The notes under the pieces are model-generated. The model saw nothing but the letters and a program-made list of their open reading frames with translations, had not been told where the DNA came from and did no database searches. Shown piece after piece: positions 8,389 through 16,179 of a DNA stretch of 57,430 bases. The first letter of the stretch is position 1. Every line of letters begins with the position of its first letter. The translations under genes and the position numbers were made by a program. The DNA comes from a virus: IMG/VR virus record IMGVR_UViG_3300045988_128708, one strand, 5' to 3'.

Positions 8389-8841
8389 ATGAAGAAGAAA
8401 GTTTATATCAGCGGAGCGATAGCCCACTACGACCTTAAAGAGCGTATGGCAACCTTTGACCATGCGGCACGCTATCTCTCCATAAAAGGTTACGAGCCGG
8501 TGAACCCATTTGAAAATGGCGTTTCGCAGGATGCTCACTGGATGGAGCACATGAGAGTGGACATTGCCCAGCTTTTGAAGTGTGATTGCATCTATATGCT
8601 GCAAGGCTGGGAATTGAGCAAGGGAGCAAAACTGGAACTGGATGTTGCCAGTTCGTGTGGCATTAAAGTGATGTTTGAAGGTCATGAGAACAATGTTCGT
8701 GAATACACCTGCTGCCTTTGCGGTAAGCCCCAAATCGGCTATGGAAACAATCCTCATCCATTGAAAGATGAGGGGGAGTGTTGTCCTGAATGTAATTTGA
8801 AGGTGTTAAGTGAAAGAATAAGGTTGTCAAAATTGAAATAG
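8389..8841 (+). CDS. DUF4406 / nucleoside 2-deoxyribosyltransferase-like domain fused to a C-terminal zinc ribbon
   Basis: KVYISGAI...GYEPVNP...DCIYMLQGWELSKGAKLELDVA pattern, then CCLCG...CCPEC. Confidence 0.5.
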   Translation: MKKKVYISGAIAHYDLKERMATFDHAARYLSIKGYEPVNPFENGVSQDAHWMEHMRVDIAQLLKCDCIYMLQGWELSKGAKLELDVASSCGIKVMFEGHENNVREYTCCLCGKPQIGYGNNPHPLKDEGECCPECNLKVLSERIRLSKLK

Positions 8842-8843
8842 AT

Positions 8844-9341
8844 ATGGCACAGGAAGTAACCAATTTCGCACGCTTCTATGGCATACTCAAAAAGAGCTAC
8901 AAGTTTGCCACCAAGGAGCTGGGCGATGAGTTCAAGGAAGGAGTGGTGAGTCAATTCACCAATGGACGTACCACTTCGCTTAGGGAAATGACCCGTAAGG
9001 AGTACGACTTGATGTGCGACAAGCTCGAAGGTGTTACAGCCAAATTGATACGCACCGCCAAGGACGTACAGCGCAAGCATCGAAGCCAGTGCTTGAGGTT
9101 GATGCAGAAGCTCGGCATCGATACAACAGACTGGACACGCATCAACGCATTTTGCCAGGATCAGCGTATTGCCGGCAAGGTGTTCTCTCAACTAAGTAAT
9201 GAGGAATTGGAGCAGCTGTCGGTGAAGCTCCGCTCCATCCAGCGCAAGGGAGGTCTGAAACCTAAGAAAGAACCGACACCTCCAGCACAGCCACAAGTGG
9301 AATACATGATGGTACCAATTGGAAATGGAGGTGAGGCATGA
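8844..9341 (+). CDS. Hypothetical early protein, possibly GemA/DUF1018-like
   Basis: 165 aa in the Mu semi-essential early position. Weak resemblance only. Confidence 0.4.
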   Translation: MAQEVTNFARFYGILKKSYKFATKELGDEFKEGVVSQFTNGRTTSLREMTRKEYDLMCDKLEGVTAKLIRTAKDVQRKHRSQCLRLMQKLGIDTTDWTRINAFCQDQRIAGKVFSQLSNEELEQLSVKLRSIQRKGGLKPKKEPTPPAQPQVEYMMVPIGNGGEA

Positions 9342-9496
9342 ATGAGAAAGTGAAGCGTGTGATGGAATACATTCACGGCATCGCATACAGAGAACTCCAA
9401 GGTGACCAGTACATCGAATTTCTTGAGTGTATTGAATACGAGATAGACAAGGAACTGGAAGAAGGTGACTGGCCGGAACCAGAAGAAGACGAGTGA
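9338..9496 (+). CDS. Small, highly acidic protein (52 aa), below the ORF-track cutoff
   Basis: ATGA overlap with the upstream stop (9338-9341). MNEKVKRVMEYIHGIAYRELQGDQYIEFLECIEYEIDKELEEGDWPEPEEDE. Confidence 0.45.
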   Translation: MNEKVKRVMEYIHGIAYRELQGDQYIEFLECIEYEIDKELEEGDWPEPEEDE

Positions 9497-9535
9497 TAAG
9501 CAATCAAAATAATAATCAACAAAAAGTTTACTACA

Positions 9536-10204
9536 ATGAAAGAAGACAACAAGCAGACCGTTGAAATGACGGCGGAGGAGATGGCCGAGTACCGGGCATT
9601 CCAAAAGGCGAAAGCCAAGAAAGAGGCAGAGGCGAAAGCCAAGGCCGAGCGTGAAGAGTACAAACAGCTCGTGGACGAGGAAATAGAGCATTCCATCCCC
9701 GTGCTTCTCGGCATCAGCGAGCAAATCAAGGACAGCAAGCAAAAGGTGATGGACAACTTCAAGACCATACTGGAGATGAAGTCTGACCTGTTCAAGACCA
9801 AGGTCAAGGACGACCAGCGCAGCCACACGTTCACCAACTCCGAGGGCAACAAGCGCATTACGCTCGGTGTGTATGTGACCGACGGCTACCGTGACACCGT
9901 AGAGGACGGCATCGCCATCGTGAAGGAGTACATCGCCGGCCTTGCCAATGACGACAAGACACAGGCGTTAGTGAACATGGTGTTTCGTCTGCTGGCACGC
10001 GATGCCAAGGGCACGCTGAAGGCAAGCCGCATCGTGCAACTCCGCAAGGTGGCGCAGGACACCGGCGATGAGCGTTTCCTTGAAGGCGTGCGCATCATCG
10101 AGGAAAGCTACCAGCCGGAGGTGAGCAAGCAGTTCATCAGGGCTGAGATAAAGAACGAGAACGGAATGTGGAAGTCAATACCGCTCGGAATGACAGAATC
10201 CTAA
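9536..10204 (+). CDS. DUF3164-like protein (family typical of Mu-like phages)
   Basis: 222 aa. Lys/Glu-rich N-terminus, then ALVNMVFRLLARDAKGTLKASRIVQLRKV...FIRAEIKNENGMWKSIPLGM. Confidence 0.5.
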   Translation: MKEDNKQTVEMTAEEMAEYRAFQKAKAKKEAEAKAKAEREEYKQLVDEEIEHSIPVLLGISEQIKDSKQKVMDNFKTILEMKSDLFKTKVKDDQRSHTFTNSEGNKRITLGVYVTDGYRDTVEDGIAIVKEYIAGLANDDKTQALVNMVFRLLARDAKGTLKASRIVQLRKVAQDTGDERFLEGVRIIEESYQPEVSKQFIRAEIKNENGMWKSIPLGMTES

Positions 10205-10216
10205 AAGCGAAGAGAC

Positions 10217-10405
10217 ATGATACTGGAAGTAGAGAAGAAACCGAAAGTGGCCTTGTGCCGTAAATGTTACGGCACAGGTCGTCTCCACGACAAGGAGACT
10301 GGCAAAGAAAGCACATGTGACCAATGTGAGGGAACGGGCAGAGTAACCGTCAGCGCAAAGATGAGCTATGACATCCGTCCCTATAAACCAAGAGACAGAC
10401 ACTAA
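10217..10405 (+). CDS. DnaJ-type zinc-finger protein (62 aa)
   Basis: Two CxxCxGxG units: CRKCYGTG and CDQCEGTG. Confidence 0.55.
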   Translation: MILEVEKKPKVALCRKCYGTGRLHDKETGKESTCDQCEGTGRVTVSAKMSYDIRPYKPRDRH

Positions 10406-10413
10406 AACATTTT

Positions 10414-10692
10414 ATGAGCAAGAGGCGAGGAGCAAGCTATCAGAAACGTGTCACAGACATAAATAGGATATACGACCAACATGCCAAAAGCGGAATCAGC
10501 AACCGCGAGATATGGCGAAGGTACGTGTATCCTGTTTATGGTATATGTGAGCGTACCTTCTACAACCTCCTTAATGCCTCTTGTGACCCTAAGAACGAAG
10601 TGCCACAAGAGGCACAGACGTTTCTAAAATTCGACTTTGACGATGAACCAGGACATACAGAAAATTATCCGCAATATCCTAAACGACGTTAG
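10414..10692 (+). CDS. Putative DNA-binding or regulatory protein (92 aa)
   Basis: Basic N-terminus with an HTH-like GISNREIWRRYVYPVYGICERTFYNLL. Overlaps the next gene by 56 nt. Confidence 0.45.
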   Translation: MSKRRGASYQKRVTDINRIYDQHAKSGISNREIWRRYVYPVYGICERTFYNLLNASCDPKNEVPQEAQTFLKFDFDDEPGHTENYPQYPKRR

Positions 10693-11194
10693 GGTGGAGT
10701 TGAGTGATGAGTTTGACCGCAACTTTGAACGGCAGGCATTCTTCAACGAGGCATGGCAGCGCAGAAGCAGCCCCACACGTCCTGGCGGTTCCATACTGAT
10801 AGACACCGGCAAGTTGCGGCAGAGCATCAGCAGCCGAACCACAGAGAGCAGTATCACGTTCTGCTCGACACTGCCTTATGCAGCCATACACAACGATGGA
10901 GGTGAGATAAAGGTGACGGCGAGGATGAAGCGATTCTTCTGGTACAAGTACCATGAGGCGACAGGCTCATTCGGACGCAAGAAGAATGGTGAGAGACGCA
11001 ACGACAAGCGCACCGTACAACTGAGCACCGAGGCGGAGTTCTGGAAGCACATGGCTCTGATGAAAGAAGGAAAGAGCATCAAGATACCGCGCCGCAGATT
11101 TCTTGGAGCATCGCCAGAAGTGGAGCAAGCGGTCAAGGACATCATCGAGGAGAACCTTGCAGAGTATTTTGAACACGAATATAAATTGAAATGA
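10637..11194 (+). CDS. Virion morphogenesis / head-tail joining protein (Mu G / HK97 gp10-like)
   Basis: 185 aa. N-terminal IRNILNDVRVELSDEFDRNFERQAFFNEAW pattern is typical of this family. Confidence 0.55.
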   Translation: MTMNQDIQKIIRNILNDVRVELSDEFDRNFERQAFFNEAWQRRSSPTRPGGSILIDTGKLRQSISSRTTESSITFCSTLPYAAIHNDGGEIKVTARMKRFFWYKYHEATGSFGRKKNGERRNDKRTVQLSTEAEFWKHMALMKEGKSIKIPRRRFLGASPEVEQAVKDIIEENLAEYFEHEYKLK

Positions 11195-11592
11195 GAAAGG
11201 AATTATTCAACGCCATTAAAGCAAAACTGGCGAGCGATGTGCCTGAAGTGCAGCACATTGATTTGTGGAACCACAATGTGGAGTTTGTAGAGCAGGAAGA
11301 AGGATGGGCGCGTCCAGCCGTCTTTGTGGAGTTTGGAAAGATAGAGTGGTCACCATTTCAAGGTGGCAGTCAGCGTGGCAAGGGACTTGTTACTATTCAC
11401 CTTGTGACAGACTGGGCTGACGGTGGCCATGATGCAGCTTTCGACCTTTGCCACCAGGTGCATACAGCCCTTGACGGATTGAGTGGTGATGATTTTAACG
11501 GCATGGCGCTTGTTGAGACGAACACCAACCACAACCACGAAGAGATACTTGAAAGCATCGACTGTTATGCGGTGCGTTACCTATTGCGATAA
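11191..11592 (+). CDS. Putative head-tail connector / tail completion protein
   Basis: 133 aa. ATGA-coupled to the preceding morphogenesis gene. Confidence 0.4.
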   Translation: MRKELFNAIKAKLASDVPEVQHIDLWNHNVEFVEQEEGWARPAVFVEFGKIEWSPFQGGSQRGKGLVTIHLVTDWADGGHDAAFDLCHQVHTALDGLSGDDFNGMALVETNTNHNHEEILESIDCYAVRYLLR

Positions 11593-11606
11593 ACCGCCCA
11601 TGTCGC

Positions 11607-11639
11607 AACGATTTAGCCCCGACGGATAATTTACCGCCG
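11607..11639 (+). terminator. Rho-independent terminator between convergent units
   Basis: gccccgacgg ataatttac cgccggggc followed by ttttt 11635-11639. Confidence 0.7.
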
Positions 11640-11677
11640 GGGCTTTTTAATGCCGTTAGAATTGAATTATAACGCCG

Positions 11678-12517
11678 TTAGGCGGCATCGGTGAACAACA
11701 TCATGTCTGTGTAGTGCGAGCTGTAGTTTACTGTGGCGTTGAACTCCACCTTGTGGCAGTTCTTGAATGGGTTGCCCACGGTCGGGTTCTTGCCCATCCA
11801 TTCACAAAGCTCAATAATGGATGACTTGTTGGAAGTGAAATATATAAAGTGATGTCCGGCAAGAATGGTCAGCACATCGAGGTAGTCGGAAAGTTTCCAG
11901 TACATATTATATGTGCCAACGTCGGTGGATAGATAGGGCGGATCAACAAGGTACACAACATTCGGCATGTCTTTGTATCGGGCGAACACCTCTTTGTAGT
12001 CGCATGATACTACTGTGATACCTTCAAGATAGTCCTCACAAGTAGGATAGTCTGACTTGCGGAGATTGTTGTATAGAGCCTCCTTCTTCATTTCGGGGAT
12101 GCTCAATTTGTATTTCATGGAGAACATCAGTCCGGAAGAAATGGTGATGAAGTCAATGTACCCGACCTCTCGTTCCTCTTGCTCCAAACGAGCGAATATG
12201 CGGTCGCGCAGTTCACCACGGATGCAGCTGTGCTTGGGTATGCCTTCCGTTTCCACCATTTTGCGCAGGTCAGCCAAAAGGTGGTTGGTCTGCGGGATGT
12301 GCTGTAGGCGGTTGCGGTAGCCGTCGAAGTCGTTGTATATGACTGTGGCATTTGGCTTCTGGCACTTGGTGATGTGCGACAGCAGACCCGAACCGCCGAA
12401 CAAATCCACGAATACCGTGTCCTCTGGATATTGTTTTAGAACCTTGATAAACTCACGCGCGAACATGCGCTTCTGCCCCACGAAAGGGAGCGGTGCCGAT
12501 AAATATTGTCTTCTCAT
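11678..12517 (-). CDS. D12-class (Dam-like) N6-adenine DNA methyltransferase family protein
   Basis: 279 aa. SAM motif DLFGGSG, catalytic DPPY (LVDPPYLSTD). Confidence 0.75.
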   Translation of the reverse strand: MRRQYLSAPLPFVGQKRMFAREFIKVLKQYPEDTVFVDLFGGSGLLSHITKCQKPNATVIYNDFDGYRNRLQHIPQTNHLLADLRKMVETEGIPKHSCIRGELRDRIFARLEQEEREVGYIDFITISSGLMFSMKYKLSIPEMKKEALYNNLRKSDYPTCEDYLEGITVVSCDYKEVFARYKDMPNVVYLVDPPYLSTDVGTYNMYWKLSDYLDVLTILAGHHFIYFTSNKSSIIELCEWMGKNPTVGNPFKNCHKVEFNATVNYSSHYTDMMLFTDAA

Positions 12518-12520
12518 GTC

Positions 12521-13159
12521 TTATACGTTTAGTTCAAATTTCACGTTCTCGTTTCCGTTGAGCAACTGTCGTGTGTGTTCGATGTTGTTCTCGTAGATAT
12601 GCACATTCGCAAGGTTCAGCGTGATGGACTTCAAAGGGAGGTCAATCTGCCGGGTCATGAGGTAGAGGTGGTAGATGTCGGCCGGCAAGCCGAGGTTCGC
12701 GTCCGAGCTGCGCTGGTAAGCCGACACCACTAATTCGTCGTTCTCAATCTGGAACTGAACGAGTGACAGACACGGTGCCTGGTTTGTCTCCGCATCGGTG
12801 GAGCCGAGGAACAGCACATAGTTCTTGCTGTTGCGCTTCTCTCGGTTGATTTTGGCGATGAGTGGCGGCAGCTTCTCAAAGTAGGTAGGGTAGGAGTTTA
12901 CGAGAATGGCACCGCAGTAGTCCCACCAGTTGATGCCCACCTCGCGATACTTCTCCACATTGCGTTCACCTTGCATGAAGAGCTGCAGCTCGTTCTTTAA
13001 CTTCTTTCGTGCGAGGCCGTGCCCCTCGAATATGTCGAGCAGGTCAGCAGGGGAAAGCACCAACGGCTCGTTGAGCAGGTAACGTATGCTTCCCTTCTTG
13101 TTAGTCTGGCACTTGCCCAGAGTAAGTACCTTCTGTAAAATTTGATGGTATTTGTTCAT
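12521..13159 (-). CDS. Compact thymidylate synthase-family enzyme (ThyA or dNMP hydroxymethylase-like)
   Basis: 212 aa. Catalytic-Cys context QAPCLSLVQFQ and YQRSSDANLGLPADI align with ThyA ALAPCH and YQRSCDVFLGLPFNI. Confidence 0.7.
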   Translation of the reverse strand: MNKYHQILQKVLTLGKCQTNKKGSIRYLLNEPLVLSPADLLDIFEGHGLARKKLKNELQLFMQGERNVEKYREVGINWWDYCGAILVNSYPTYFEKLPPLIAKINREKRNSKNYVLFLGSTDAETNQAPCLSLVQFQIENDELVVSAYQRSSDANLGLPADIYHLYLMTRQIDLPLKSITLNLANVHIYENNIEHTRQLLNGNENVKFELNV

Positions 13160-13230
13160 AACCGTTTTGAATTTGAAAACGGTGCAAAGGTAACAACGCG
13201 TGTCCCCTCGACAATGACCATACGCAAATG

Positions 13231-13473
13231 TTACACTGCAAGTAGATTGCAGTCAGTTTTGAAACGCCGTATAAGGCTGTACACCTTGCGCTCGCTTATG
13301 GCATATTCTGTGGCGAGCCTTGCCACGATATATGACACCTTCTCGCCTTGTGCGGAAAGTGTGCGGTATTCCTTAAATAGGTCGATATATTGCACATCGT
13401 CCAGCCTGATTCCTGCCTTTTGGAGGTAAATTAGCAATTCCCTGTTCAAATTCAGTATCTCTATTAGTTTCAT
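13231..13473 (-). CDS. Mor/C-like small transcription activator (HTH)
   Basis: 80 aa. C-terminal HTH ARLATEYAISERKVYSLIRRF. Confidence 0.5.
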   Translation of the reverse strand: MKLIEILNLNRELLIYLQKAGIRLDDVQYIDLFKEYRTLSAQGEKVSYIVARLATEYAISERKVYSLIRRFKTDCNLLAV

Positions 13474-13500
13474 TCTCAGAAAAATTTAGTACTTTTGCAC

Positions 13501-13621
13501 CGTCTCACTTACATAGCGCATCGCGCACACACATAAAAAAAGCCATCAATAGGCGAGCGAGGGTTTACGCCCCCGGTCGTGCCTATTGATGGTAACGTGT
13601 GTTAAAAAAGTAAGTGAGACG
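13501..13621 (-). ncRNA. Structured intergenic element: 12-bp long-range stem enclosing a strong terminator hairpin (mirror of 43810..43930)
   Basis: See 43810..43930. The terminator hairpin is at 13535..13592 in this arm. Confidence 0.4.
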
Positions 13622-13675
13622 ACTATTTTAACAGGCCGGGGGCTTTTTTATTACCCTCCCCCGAAGGGATTGTTC

Positions 13676-14161
13676 TTAGTCTCGGTATAACTCCAAATTG
13701 AAATTATCCTTGCTCTTCCATCCGTCAGCCAGTGTGTCCTGGATATGCTGCATGGCTTTGGTATAGAAGTCCGCCAGTTCTTCGATGGTGCTGAACGTGT
13801 GATAGCATGGCACATCGTCTGTTCCGAACTTGAACGTGACTGGCAATGTCTTGCCGTCAGACTGCACAGCCAAGTCGTATGCCACCTTGTAGTTGAACTG
13901 GTTCTCGTTAGAGAGCCACACGCTCATGCCGTTCCACACGAAGCCAGAAAGTATGGTCTCGTTCGTGCGGTCGTTGAACCATTCCGACACCATGGTCTTG
14001 ATGGTATCCTCAGATGGCTTTCCGTTGAACTCAGCCTCCATATAGTCGGCAGATCCATCCTCGTTGTTATGCACGTCCCAGCGGACACGCCATTTTCCTT
14101 TGACGGGGTTGGTGCATTCAAGCAGCTTTACCCCTTGTGCTCCGTTTACTCTGTTCATCAT
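13676..14161 (-). CDS. 161-aa protein translationally coupled to the RT; DUF4376-like (fibre-assembly-associated family) suspected
   Basis: ATGA overlap with the RT stop. Pattern ...FVWNGMSVWLSNENQFNYKVAYDLAV...LPVTFKFGTDD...FSTIEELADFYTKAMQHIQDTLADGWKSKD. Confidence 0.5.
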   Translation of the reverse strand: MMNRVNGAQGVKLLECTNPVKGKWRVRWDVHNNEDGSADYMEAEFNGKPSEDTIKTMVSEWFNDRTNETILSGFVWNGMSVWLSNENQFNYKVAYDLAVQSDGKTLPVTFKFGTDDVPCYHTFSTIEELADFYTKAMQHIQDTLADGWKSKDNFNLELYRD

Positions 14162-15462
14162 GTGAAAATGTACTTTGTTCTACCTTTGCCGAAGGTTTCC
14201 GCCTTGATGGTGGTCTCGAATGGGAAGCCGTCTGGCATTTCACTCACTTGCTGGAGAATGTTTTTCATCTCCTCACTGTTGGTGAAGAACTTCTTCGGCT
14301 CGCCGTTCTGCTCGATGGACACGACACAGCGGTCTTCGCCCTGGCTGGTTTTGACCCCGACCTCGAAGTCTTTTACCACGATGGGCAGGTTCACCAACTC
14401 ACGGATGCTTACCACCGCACCCGCAAATCGCTTCTTGCCGTCTTCCGGCTTGTAAGCGACATTCAAATCTTTAAATGATTTCATTTTTTTGCCTGTTAAT
14501 TTATAAAACAAATTTCGGCAGCAAGCGTGCTTGGCTATTCCGTAGAATGACGCAATCAGTTCCCGCCGTCTCTTTCTTGACTTGACTTTGTGTAGTTTCC
14601 TTGCATTTTCCTTCTTGACGCGCTTGCGCAGTAGTGAGTATGAACCGTTATATGTCACATACCCCAAGAAGTCGATTCCTTGCGCTGAAGGGAACACCCT
14701 TTCGTTTTTCTTGATTTCAAGGTCAATTTTTTCGACTTGCTCATGTACAATGCCGTGTGCCAGCCAATTTTCTTGCTTGTTGCCACAGAGCACTCTGCCG
14801 TCATCACAATAACGGTAGAAATGGCGGATGCCATATTTGTCCTTCAGATAATGGTCGAGGAACACGGACAACAAGAGGTTGCCAGAAGCCTGTGAGCTTC
14901 GCAACCCGAAGCTGATGCCCTCTGGTAGTAGATGAAGGAAATGATCCAGGAGTGACAGCAGGGTCTTGTCTTTGAATACTCTGCGGTAGCACCACATGAC
15001 AAACTTAGGCTTAGTATTGTCATAGAAATGCTTGATGTCGAACTCGTAGCAGTAGCGTGTGCCTTCGGGGTCACGTTCCATGTCCAATTGCATGCATTTG
15101 CGGAGATCATGTGTGCCGCGCTTCTTTATACTTGCTCCAGTCGTCCTGATGAAACGCTTGTGCAGATGTTGGTCCACCACGTTCATCACTGCATACACTG
15201 CGATGCGGTCGTACATGGAGATAATCTGCAGGTGACGGACTTTGCCGTATTCACAGATGGTGCGCTCGTGGTAGCCACCGAGGCGGAAAGACCCGTCGGC
15301 AAGTTTTGCAGTCTGTTCTGCAATCACCTCCTCGCGGTGTGCGAGCAGATAGCGTCCTTGACGGCATCTCTTTCGCTTTTTCCCACGCAGTACACGGTCA
15401 AACGCCTCCGAAATATTGCCGTAGGACGTTATCTCTTGCATGATATAGCCTTCTCTGAGCAT
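14158..15462 (-). CDS. DGR-type reverse transcriptase with ~110-aa C-terminal extension
   Basis: 434 aa. Collinear by eye with Bordetella bRT: ITSYGNISEAFDRVLRGKKRKR, KVRHLQIISMYDRIAVYAV, RGTHD, FDIKHFYDN, FGLRSSQ (DGR xGxxxSQ motif), YCDD at aa 218-221, GIDFLGY. Confidence 0.85.
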   Translation of the reverse strand: MLREGYIMQEITSYGNISEAFDRVLRGKKRKRCRQGRYLLAHREEVIAEQTAKLADGSFRLGGYHERTICEYGKVRHLQIISMYDRIAVYAVMNVVDQHLHKRFIRTTGASIKKRGTHDLRKCMQLDMERDPEGTRYCYEFDIKHFYDNTKPKFVMWCYRRVFKDKTLLSLLDHFLHLLPEGISFGLRSSQASGNLLLSVFLDHYLKDKYGIRHFYRYCDDGRVLCGNKQENWLAHGIVHEQVEKIDLEIKKNERVFPSAQGIDFLGYVTYNGSYSLLRKRVKKENARKLHKVKSRKRRRELIASFYGIAKHACCRNLFYKLTGKKMKSFKDLNVAYKPEDGKKRFAGAVVSIRELVNLPIVVKDFEVGVKTSQGEDRCVVSIEQNGEPKKFFTNSEEMKNILQQVSEMPDGFPFETTIKAETFGKGRTKYIFT

Positions 15463-15658
15463 TGTCTTTTTTGTTTTATGGAAGATAAGGGCCTTCCTTT
15501 CCCCGGGCCAAACTTCTTCGAATCGTTACCGACCTACCAAACTCTATTGCCCGACACTTGATGTTTCAGCTTTCCACCTTTATATTGGTGCTTTTGCTGT
15601 GGCTCGTTTCCCTCGGCTCCACATTAGGGACACGTCCCCATCGTTGTACGCCGATTAG

Positions 15659-15779
15659 TTAGATTTCCAGGCGCGAGCCGACATACGCAAACGCATACGA
15701 GGCATCGTTACTCGCATTCGCACCCGAGACACCGCCACACGCGAACGCATAGCGACACCCGCGATAGACCACACGGCCT
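15659..15779 (-). repeat. DGR repeat copy in the template-repeat (TR) position: non-coding, ~196 nt upstream of the RT
   Basis: Reverse complement is identical to 41652..41772 (fibre 3' end). Here it follows an in-frame TAA and sits in intergenic DNA 59 nt after the stop of the 77-aa gene. The sequence is A-depleted, which is VR-like rather than TR-like. Confidence 0.6.
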
Positions 15780-15838
15780 ATGGGAAACTCTACCAGTTTG
15801 CAAAGTTACTCATTCTCTGTGCAAAAGATGAATGAATA

Positions 15839-16072
15839 TTACACAATGAGCCAAAATAACATTGCAATGAAGCCTCCGAGCACTGTGCAAGCCCAGTCAA
15901 TCCAGTCCCAATGACAGCCGTGAAGCTTGTCTTTGAGTTCGAGGCATGAGGCTGCGATGATGGCAGAATAGATGGCTGCCCATGGCGACAATGCACACAG
16001 ACCGACCAGTAAACCGCCGACAAGATGCTTATAGCGGTTGCTTTTTTTTAGAAATGAGAAAATTTTGTTCAT
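15839..16072 (-). CDS. Small membrane protein (77 aa, 2-3 TM); holin or immunity-type role possible
   Basis: Hydrophobic stretches LVGGLLVGLCALSPWAAIYSAIIAASCL and WACTVLGGFIAMLFWLIV. Confidence 0.55.
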   Translation of the reverse strand: MNKIFSFLKKSNRYKHLVGGLLVGLCALSPWAAIYSAIIAASCLELKDKLHGCHWDWIDWACTVLGGFIAMLFWLIV

Positions 16073-16152
16073 AACTTGTTGTGTTTTGAAAATTTGTTAT
16101 TACCTTTGCAATGCGAGGGATGGGGTAACCTTTAGAGACCCGCTCTCGTTCC

Positions 16153-16179
16153 AGCCAAGTTTTCTAACTTGGCTTTTTT
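16153..16179 (+). terminator. Plus-strand hairpin plus T5 straddling the stop codon of a minus-strand gene
   Basis: agccaagtt ttct aacttggct (9-bp stem, 4-nt loop) then ttttt 16175-16179. The T-run is present only on the plus strand. Confidence 0.35.

Larger units (their letters stand above)
1..15779. repeat. Left arm of a perfect 15,779-bp inverted duplication (reverse complement of 41652..57430; x pairs with 57431-x)
   Basis: 1-10 gctgcaaatt vs 57421-57430 aatttgcagc. Every tracked ORF in 1..15561 has an identical-translation partner at 57431-x. I traced identity by eye through 15601-15779 vs 41652-41830. First mismatch is 15780 (a) vs 41651 (c). Confidence 0.95.

Noticed and set aside
14158-15462. 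Group II intron or Abi-type RT
   Set aside because: There is no maturase or endonuclease domain or intron RNA structure. Motif order and the SQ motif fit DGR RTs, and a cognate repeat pair exists.
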